Positions 24,598-31,163 of a DNA stretch of 31,163 nt are shown piece after piece. Both the position numbers and the translations under genes were made by a program. This stretch comes from Bacteroidota bacterium (GTDB lineage: Bacteria; Bacteroidota; Bacteroidia; AKYH767-A; 2013-40CM-41-45): the NCBI GenBank assembly GCA_046075925.1, contig JBJTRB010000291.1, forward strand, positions 1 to 31,163. Reading direction: 5' to 3'. How positions within the stretch are numbered: the first letter of the stretch is position 1; each line of letters begins with the position of its first letter. The notes beneath the pieces were generated by a model. It did not search any database. It had not been told where the DNA came from and saw nothing but the letters and a program-made list of their open reading frames with translations.

Positions 24598-27261
24598 TCA
24601 TTGATAAAAAGAGCGGAAAAAGCCTTCGTATTCGTCGGTTTTCTTTTGTCGTAACAGCTCAGGAAGGTTGTTACCTGAAATGGCGAACTGCTTGTAGTTT
24701 TCCGGACCCACACTGCCATACACATCGTCGTTGTCGAACAGATGCTGATGATATGACATGGCGGCCTGTTTGTTTTCGAACGAACGCACAATGAGGATCT
24801 TGAAACGATGATCCAGCATGAACTCCTGCATCGTCAATCCTTTGGAAGAATAGTTCGTGTTATTGAAATCAGAAAGCTTGGTCTTGAATCGTGCGCCATC
24901 CAACGCTCCGCCGATGCTCTGAAAGACAATGGCCACGAAATGGACTGTGTCAGGCACGTAGTTGTAATTGCGTTTGTCGGCAGCCGGATTGGCTGTCACA
25001 GGCGCCTCAGTCGTCTTGCCCTGATTGTTCTTGATGTAGTCCAGGATATCCTGCGCTTGTTGTTTTACAGGATGCTCCGGATACACACGCACCACCTCCA
25101 AGAGGGAAGCTTCGAATTGAGGAAGCGGCTGCGTACGACCGATACACAGCGCTCTGAGCAGGTCGAACTGCGGTTGATATTGGTTGTCAGGGAAACGCGT
25201 CAGCGCTTGCGTCCTGCGTTGCATCACCGTCTGGTATTCTCCATTGAGATATTTACGATACGTCTCCTCATAGAACACCTCGGCTTCTGATTTCCTTCCG
25301 GCAAGCTGATTGATGTAATCGGGGTTCCTGAGGATTTCTGCGTAATCGGTGGTAGGGTATTCGTTCAGGATGCGGTTCTTGTATTCATCCGCCCTGGCCG
25401 TATTGCCGGCTTTGTCGAACATCCGGTACAGCTGGTAATACGACTGTACTTCGTATTTGCATTTTGGAAAACGGGCAATCATCTCCTCGAACATCTTCAC
25501 CGAACTGTTGATGTCGTTGAATTGCTCGCGGTAGAGCATCGCTGCATTGTAATACGCATCAATGATCTTATTGGTCGACTTGTCAAGCGCCTCGGGAGTC
25601 GAGGGTATGTTCTTCAACAGCTCCTTCTTCTGCGCTTCAGGGTCCGCTTTGGCTTCGGGCTGCTTACCCGACTTAGACGTGTCTTGTGCCGACTCCTCGC
25701 CGTCCGGTTGCGGCAGGATACTTTCCTTGTTGCTGCGTCTCCAGTTATCTTCGAGCTTTCGGTTACCGTATCGTTTCGTGAATTCATTGAATCCGAAACT
25801 GACCGCCTGCGCATTGTAGAAATACCAATTCGAACCGGACTGTTGGTTGAATTGGTTCACCTGGCTCTGCCGGTCGTTATTGAAGATCTGGTTCGCGGGC
25901 TGTTCCTGCTCCTGCTCTTTTTTCTTCCTTAGTGCTTCCTCTTCACGTTTTTTCAGAAGATCAGCAGCCGCTTTGGCCTGGTCCTCGGGCGACATCTTGG
26001 CCAGTTTCTGCAGACTGTCTTCCTTGGCGATGGTGTTCAGGTATTTCACCAGCTTAGTGAGGCTGTTCCTCCGCTGAAGGATCTCCGAATAATCCGGATA
26101 ATCGTTGGACAGGTTCGCAATGACGCTGTCATAGTACAATTGTGCCGGCTTATACTGCGGCTTGGCGAATTCGATCTTGGCCAGCTCCAGATATGAAAGC
26201 GCTTTCTGGTTTCGGTTGTTGGTGCTGCTTTGGATGGAAAGGTTCAGCAACTCGATCTCCTCTTCCGGACGACCCTCTTTTTTGGCGATGCCGGCAAGAG
26301 CAAAATAAATCTGATCCAGGAAGTCCTTGTTCTTCGGGTCTTTTTTCAAACGTTCGAGTTCGCGCTTGACCTCTTCCCCGCTACCGCTTGTGGCATCGAA
26401 ACACCGCGCACGATTGATGCGGCAGTTGAAGTCCATCTCGTACTTGGGATTCATCTTGATCACCTTGGTGTAGAGTTGGAACGCAGCAGGGAAATTCCCC
26501 AACTGCTGATTCAACTGGGCAAGAATGAAAAGAAAACGGATGCGGTCTTCGCGCTTGGGCGCCAGTTTCGCGGCCTTCTGCAAGTGCGCGATGGCCTGCT
26601 CGTAATTCTTGACTTGTACGTACAGGTCGGCTTGCGTAGCCTCCAATTCCCAGCGATGGCGCTTTGGAAACTCGGAGACGTTGCGCAAGTAGTCCAGTTT
26701 TCCTTCGGCCTCATTGAGCTGAGTGAGCTCGAGGTAGGTCTTTGCGATCCAAAGTGATGCGAGATAACGGCTGGATTCGTTCTTGTACGTGGCTTCGACG
26801 TAGCGGAAGGCATCCAACCCTTGGAAGTACTCGTGCTTGAAAAACTGGGCCTGACCGTACAACAACCAGTTATCGTCGATCCAGTGCTCCGACAGCGGCT
26901 TCTCGTTTCCGCGCTTGTCGTACATGGTGTGTTTGGAAATGGAGGTGGTAAGACGCTTGATGGCATCGTCCATCTCCGGATACACCTGCTTCGATTTTTC
27001 GACACTCGCATACGGAAACACCCGAAGCACCCGATCGTACGCATCGGTGTGCAACTGTGCGAGTTTATCCTTCCCCTCCTCGATTTTCAATCCGGCATTG
27101 TAGTAACCGTTGTAATGTGAAGAGAGATTATGGCAGGTGCGGTTGATCAGGTTGTCTTTGGTCTGTGAACAGCCCGCTAATAGCAAGAAAAAGGCGACGG
27201 CCAGGACCGAAAAGAAGGAAGTCTGGAAACGGTTCACGGAAGAAAGGGGGTGTGGGCGCAC
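24598..27261 (-). CDS. sprE: SprE/PorW-like TPR-repeat lipoprotein of the T9SS/gliding machinery
   Basis: Lipobox LLAGC followed by SQTKDN.INR..HNLSSHYNGYYNA, many TPR-like helices, WYFYN...G..EF...YG.RKLEDNWRRSNK. Conserved position upstream of bactofilin-atpZ (recalled, not searched). Start codon uncertain (GTG 27261 or 27237). Confidence 0.78.
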   Translation of the reverse strand: MRPHPLSSVNRFQTSFFSVLAVAFFLLLAGCSQTKDNLINRTCHNLSSHYNGYYNAGLKIEEGKDKLAQLHTDAYDRVLRVFPYASVEKSKQVYPEMDDAIKRLTTSISKHTMYDKRGNEKPLSEHWIDDNWLLYGQAQFFKHEYFQGLDAFRYVEATYKNESSRYLASLWIAKTYLELTQLNEAEGKLDYLRNVSEFPKRHRWELEATQADLYVQVKNYEQAIAHLQKAAKLAPKREDRIRFLFILAQLNQQLGNFPAAFQLYTKVIKMNPKYEMDFNCRINRARCFDATSGSGEEVKRELERLKKDPKNKDFLDQIYFALAGIAKKEGRPEEEIELLNLSIQSSTNNRNQKALSYLELAKIEFAKPQYKPAQLYYDSVIANLSNDYPDYSEILQRRNSLTKLVKYLNTIAKEDSLQKLAKMSPEDQAKAAADLLKKREEEALRKKKEQEQEQPANQIFNNDRQSQVNQFNQQSGSNWYFYNAQAVSFGFNEFTKRYGNRKLEDNWRRSNKESILPQPDGEESAQDTSKSGKQPEAKADPEAQKKELLKNIPSTPEALDKSTNKIIDAYYNAAMLYREQFNDINSSVKMFEEMIARFPKCKYEVQSYYQLYRMFDKAGNTARADEYKNRILNEYPTTDYAEILRNPDYINQLAGRKSEAEVFYEETYRKYLNGEYQTVMQRRTQALTRFPDNQYQPQFDLLRALCIGRTQPLPQFEASLLEVVRVYPEHPVKQQAQDILDYIKNNQGKTTEAPVTANPAADKRNYNYVPDTVHFVAIVFQSIGGALDGARFKTKLSDFNNTNYSSKGLTMQEFMLDHRFKILIVRSFENKQAAMSYHQHLFDNDDVYGSVGPENYKQFAISGNNLPELLRQKKTDEYEGFFRSFYQ

Positions 27262-27278
27262 TATTAACTACAAAACTG

Positions 27279-27286
27279 CGAAATTA
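27279..27286 (-). promoter_or_regulatory. Possible -7 variant (TAATTTCG) for the sprE-like gene
   Basis: One mismatch to TAnnTTTG, 17 nt upstream of GTG 27261. Confidence 0.4.
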
Positions 27287-27321
27287 TTTTAATTAAGGCA
27301 TCGAACTCGTGCAGGTGAACG

Positions 27322-27352
27322 TTTGAAGGAGCGCTGCAAAAGCGTAGGTTTG
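27322..27352 (+). promoter_or_regulatory. Full Bacteroidota sigmaA promoter TTTG-N19-TAGGTTTG for M23-GH3-alkB
   Basis: -33 TTTG at 27322-27325 and -7 TAGGTTTG at 27345-27352. This supports the ATG at 27362 rather than TTG 27323. Confidence 0.75.
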
Positions 27353-27361
27353 AAGACGGAT

Positions 27362-28231
27362 ATGAAGGAAAAAGGGAAGAAAAAATGGGGTTTCTGGTTG
27401 AAAAACCGCTACCGCATGGTCATCATGAACGAGGATACGCTCGAAGAGAAGGCCTCATTCAATCTGCAGCCGCAGCGCGTATTCGTCAGTATCGGCCTGG
27501 GCGCGATCCTTTTGATCACCATCACCACCTTCATCATCGCCTTCACTCCGTTACGGGAATACATCCCCGGATACGCCGATGTGAAAAGCCGCCGACAGAT
27601 GGTAGTGCTGCTGCAACGCACCGACTCCCTTGAAAAATCGCTCAATGCCCGCGACTTGTATCTGAGAAACCTTCGGAACATCATCAATGGAAGGATACCG
27701 ACCGATTCCGCCATGGAACGGCCCGATGTGCTGCTGCGGTATGACACGATCAAAACGTTGGAGCGTTCTCTGGAAGATTCGTTGTTACGCGAAGAGATCG
27801 AATCCCAAGACCCCTACTCGTTGAACGTCGACGAGAACGGATCGATGGCCAGCGGCATCCGAGGCTTTTTGTTTTTCCCTCCGGTGAAAGGCAACGTGAC
27901 CAACCGCTTCGACCGTAGCACCAAACATTTCGCAGTCGATGTCGTCGCTCCTGCGAACGAGCCGGTCAAATCCACCCTGGACGGCACCGTGGTGATTGCG
28001 AATTTCACGGCCGAAACAGGCTGGATCATCGGGATCCAACACAGTAACAACCTGTTTTCATTTTACAAACACAACTCCGCCTTGCTCAAAAAAGCGGGCG
28101 ACTTCGTAAAAGCCGGGGAAGTCGTGGCGGTCATCGGTAATTCCGGCGAATTCAGTTCTGGTCCTCACCTCCACTTCGAACTCTGGTTCAATGGAAGTCC
28201 GCTCGATCCGCTCAAATATGTTTCGTTCTGA
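27362..28231 (+). CDS. Membrane-anchored M23 family zinc metallo-endopeptidase
   Basis: Basic N-terminus, one TM, coiled coil, then M23 motifs HFAVD (HxxxD, 27926-27940), YKHN and PHLHFE (HxH, 28166-28174). Confidence 0.92.
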   Translation: MKEKGKKKWGFWLKNRYRMVIMNEDTLEEKASFNLQPQRVFVSIGLGAILLITITTFIIAFTPLREYIPGYADVKSRRQMVVLLQRTDSLEKSLNARDLYLRNLRNIINGRIPTDSAMERPDVLLRYDTIKTLERSLEDSLLREEIESQDPYSLNVDENGSMASGIRGFLFFPPVKGNVTNRFDRSTKHFAVDVVAPANEPVKSTLDGTVVIANFTAETGWIIGIQHSNNLFSFYKHNSALLKKAGDFVKAGEVVAVIGNSGEFSSGPHLHFELWFNGSPLDPLKYVSF

Positions 28232-28293
28232 TCGAAAGCATCCAAAGACCGAAGCGAATCATTATTTTTAAACTCTCAATTCGGCCCGCCGTC

Positions 28294-29781
28294 ATGGGCG
28301 TCCTTTCAACCATCAGTCGCCTACTCGCTGCACGCGCAGTCCGCCGCACGCGCTCCTGGAGCAGCAATGCCTGGGCAGCGCAGGAACGCATTCTTCATTC
28401 CATCGTGAAGAAGGCGCAACACACTGCATTCGGGAAGGACCATCGTTTCCATGAAATCAACGACTACCACGATTTCAAGAAGAACGTACCCGTGCGCGAC
28501 TATGAAGCGCTGTCGAATTATTTCGAGCGCATCCGTTCCGGCGAATCGGATGTGACCTGGCCGGGCAAACCGATTTACCTGGCTAAGACGTCCGGCACCA
28601 CTTCCGGCACCAAGTATATCCCGATCACACGCGACTCGATTCCCAACCACATCGGATCCACCCGAGAAGCGCTGCTCAATTATATCCACCAGACCGGCAA
28701 CTGTCGGTTTCTGGACGGCAAACTGATTTTCATTTCGGGTTCTCCGGCTCTTGATCGTATCAACGGTTTGCTCTGCGGCAGGCTTTCGGGTATCGTGAAC
28801 CACCATGTTCCCGGATACCTGCGTGTGAACCAGCTCCCCTCCTACAAGACCAACATCATCGAAGACTGGGAGACGAAAGTGGATGCCATCGTAGACGAGA
28901 CGATATCGCGCGACATGCGCTTCATCAGTGGCATTCCGCCATGGGTCCAGATGTATTTCGATCGCCTGCAACAACGCACCGGTAAAACGATCAAGCAACT
29001 GTTCCCGAATTTCAGTCTGTTCGTCTACGGCGGAGTCAACTTCGAACCGTACCGAAAAAAGCTCGAGCAGAGTATCGGTGGCAAGGTGGATTCCATCGAA
29101 CTCTACCCTGCCAGCGAAGGATTCATCGCCTACCAGGATCGGCAGGATGACCCCGGATTGTTGCTCATGCTCGACAGTGGCATCTTCTTCGAGTTCATTC
29201 CCGCATCGGAATTCTTCTCTCCTACGCCGCGCCGCCTTTCGATCCGGGAAGTGCAGACCGGCGTGAACTATGTGTTGGTACTGAATTCGAATGCCGGAAT
29301 GTGGGGCTATAACCTGGGTGATACGGTCAAGTTCGTATCGACAGACCCCTACCGGATCATTGTCACCGGAAGAGTCAAACAATTCCTCTCCGCCAGCGGC
29401 GAGCACGTCATTGTAGAGGAAGTGGAACGCGCCCTGTTTGAAGCCTCCCGCTTGCAACATGCCGAAGTAGTCGAATTCACCGTGGCGCCTCAACTCGATC
29501 CGCCTGAAGGAGGATTACCCTACCACGAGTGGTTCATCGAGTTCGATCGCGCTCCGGAAGATATCGATGCATTCTGCGCTGCTATCGACAGCAGCTTGCA
29601 GCGACAAAACAGTTACTACCGTGATCTGATCGAAGGTCGCATGCTTCAGTCACTGAAAATCCGTCCACTCAAATCGGGAGCATTCAGGGATTACATGCGT
29701 AAGCTTGGCAAACTTGGCGGACAAAATAAGGTTCCACGATTGTCGAACGATCGGAATGTCGTGACAGCACTCACTCATTGA
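28294..29781 (+). CDS. GH3 auxin-responsive promoter family protein (acyl-adenylate/amido-synthetase fold)
   Basis: VPVRDYE, AKTSGTTSGTKYIP (P-loop-like), YPASEGF, YNLGDTV.F...PYRI...GR.K, GGQNKVPRL. Confidence 0.9.
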   Translation: MGVLSTISRLLAARAVRRTRSWSSNAWAAQERILHSIVKKAQHTAFGKDHRFHEINDYHDFKKNVPVRDYEALSNYFERIRSGESDVTWPGKPIYLAKTSGTTSGTKYIPITRDSIPNHIGSTREALLNYIHQTGNCRFLDGKLIFISGSPALDRINGLLCGRLSGIVNHHVPGYLRVNQLPSYKTNIIEDWETKVDAIVDETISRDMRFISGIPPWVQMYFDRLQQRTGKTIKQLFPNFSLFVYGGVNFEPYRKKLEQSIGGKVDSIELYPASEGFIAYQDRQDDPGLLLMLDSGIFFEFIPASEFFSPTPRRLSIREVQTGVNYVLVLNSNAGMWGYNLGDTVKFVSTDPYRIIVTGRVKQFLSASGEHVIVEEVERALFEASRLQHAEVVEFTVAPQLDPPEGGLPYHEWFIEFDRAPEDIDAFCAAIDSSLQRQNSYYRDLIEGRMLQSLKIRPLKSGAFRDYMRKLGKLGGQNKVPRLSNDRNVVTALTH

Positions 29782-29785
29782 ACAC

Positions 29786-30388
29786 ATGCTGATAGAATTT
29801 CCGGGTGACGGTCCGGTCGAAGTGCTTCCCGCTGCAGGAAGTGCACGCTACCAGCCGCATGCGTTTCAACGATCTTCGTCCGATGAGTGGTTCCGCGCGC
29901 TGTTGCAGGAAACACCCTGGCAACAAGACATCATCCGGATTTTCGGGAAAACCCATGTGACAGCCAGGAAATTCGCCTTTTACGGAGACCGTCCGTTTGG
30001 ATACAACTACTCCGGCCATGTCCGAACAGCATTGACGTGGTCGCCCGTACTCGATGAAATCCGCAAACAAGTGGAGTCGAATACCCGACAAACATTCAAT
30101 GCCTGTTTACTCAATCTTTACCACAACGGTGAAGAAGGCATGGGCTGGCACAGCGATGATGAGCCGGAATTGGATCCGGAAGCACCAATCGCTTCGGTGA
30201 GTCTGGGTGCAGAACGTAAATTCTCTTTCCGAAACCGTTCCGACAAATCCACACGATCGATCTTGTTGGAACATGGAAGTTTGCTGGTGATGGATGCTCT
30301 CTGTCAACGCCACTGGCTGCATGCGCTGCCTAAAAGCAAACGTGTTTCAGCACCTCGGATCAATATGACATTCCGAAGGATGATTTGA
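29786..30388 (+). CDS. AlkB-family Fe(II)/2-oxoglutarate dioxygenase (ALKBH2/3-like)
   Basis: FNACLLNLY..G...GWHSDDE (HxD), IASVSLGAERKF, WLHALPK (distal His), RINMTFR. Confidence 0.92.
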   Translation: MLIEFPGDGPVEVLPAAGSARYQPHAFQRSSSDEWFRALLQETPWQQDIIRIFGKTHVTARKFAFYGDRPFGYNYSGHVRTALTWSPVLDEIRKQVESNTRQTFNACLLNLYHNGEEGMGWHSDDEPELDPEAPIASVSLGAERKFSFRNRSDKSTRSILLEHGSLLVMDALCQRHWLHALPKSKRVSAPRINMTFRRMI

Positions 30389-30391
30389 AAC

Positions 30392-30413
30392 CAAGCAGGT
30401 TCCTTGCTTGTTT
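30392..30413 (+). terminator. Weak terminator after the AlkB-like gene
   Basis: CAAGCAGG / CCTTGCTTG bulged stem followed by TTT. Confidence 0.35.
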
Positions 30414-30447
30414 GATCACTGAACCCTCCTCCACCTTGGAATTTATC

Positions 30448-30455
30448 TAACTTCG
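30448..30455 (+). promoter_or_regulatory. -7 element variant (TAACTTCG) for dxr
   Basis: TAACTTCG-CAACCTC-ATG, the same variant as upstream of the ferredoxin. Confidence 0.5.
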
Positions 30456-30462
30456 CAACCTC

Positions 30463-31163
30463 ATGGAGACATCCAAACGCTCACTTGCCATTTTAGGTTC
30501 GACCGGCTCGATCGGTACGCAGGCGTTGGATGTCGTACGCTCCCAACCTGAGCGTTTTACTGTCGAGGTATTGACCTCGAACAACAATGTTGACTTGTTG
30601 ATCGCACAAGCCAAGGAATTCATCCCGAATGCTGTCGTGATCGCCGAAGAACGCCACCTGCCTGCACTTCGAGACGCGCTTTCTAGTCTGCCGGTAAAAG
30701 TCTTTGCCGGTCAAGACGCGCTGGAACAGGTGGTTCAGATGGAGGGTGTCGACATGGTGCTCACCGCCTTGGTAGGATATGCAGGACTTCGTCCGACACT
30801 GGCCGCAATCCGCGCAGGTAAACACATCGCTTTGGCCAACAAGGAAACGCTGGTAGTGGCTGGCGAACTGGTCACCTCGCTTGCACGTCAGCACAGCGTG
30901 AACATCTACCCGGTCGACTCCGAGCACTCTGCCATTTTCCAGTGCATGGCAGGCGAGTGGCACAATCCGATCGAGAAAATCTATCTCACCGCATCGGGCG
31001 GACCATTCCGCGGAAGAGACCGCGCATTTCTGGCGAAGGTCACCAAGGAACAGGCATTGAAACATCCCAATTGGGACATGGGCGCGAAGATCACCATCGA
31101 CTCGGCCTCCTTGATGAACAAAGGGCTGGAGGTGATCGAAGCGAAATGGCTGTTCGGTCTCCG
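30463..31163 (+). CDS. dxr: 1-deoxy-D-xylulose-5-phosphate reductoisomerase (runs off the window end)
   Basis: Translated by hand from ATG 30463: METSKRSLAILGSTGSIGTQALDVV...ALANKETLVVAG...PVDSEHSAIFQ...LTASGGPF...HPNWDMGAKITIDSASLMNKGLEVIEA. Absent from the ORF track because it has no stop. Confidence 0.97.
   Translation, partial: METSKRSLAILGSTGSIGTQALDVVRSQPERFTVEVLTSNNNVDLLIAQAKEFIPNAVVIAEERHLPALRDALSSLPVKVFAGQDALEQVVQMEGVDMVLTALVGYAGLRPTLAAIRAGKHIALANKETLVVAGELVTSLARQHSVNIYPVDSEHSAIFQCMAGEWHNPIEKIYLTASGGPFRGRDRAFLAKVTKEQALKHPNWDMGAKITIDSASLMNKGLEVIEAKWLFGL

Overview
Bacteroidota chromosomal window (T9SS C-terminal sorting domains, TAnnTTTG/TTTG promoters, Bacteroidota-type split ATP synthase operon). 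It is mostly intact housekeeping genes plus large secreted proteins. Contents in order: the tail of a T9SS cargo and a propeller/Ig T9SS cargo; purQ; an ECF sigma factor divergent from folE; a CarH/LitR-type MerR regulator with a B12-binding domain; a 4x DUF4397 T9SS protein; a hypothetical protein coupled to a thioredoxin-like [2Fe-2S] ferredoxin; DUF421; a CUB-PKD-GEVED T9SS protein; marC; an M36 fungalysin; atpGAHFEB; two atpI/atpZ-type genes; bactofilin; an SprE/PorW-like TPR lipoprotein; an M23 peptidase; a GH3 family protein; an AlkB-family dioxygenase; and dxr, truncated by the window end. I saw no mobile element, CRISPR array, rRNA, tRNA or clear pseudogene. The best candidate for an under-described system is a putative B12-dependent light-response module (CarH-like regulator, ECF sigma with no adjacent anti-sigma, folE). 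It has an exact 14-bp direct repeat and TnnACA-type sites in the sigma/folE intergenic region and no carotenoid genes nearby. The second candidate is the bactofilin / atpZ-atpI / SprE / M23 linkage. Family calls are from motif recognition only; no database search was run.
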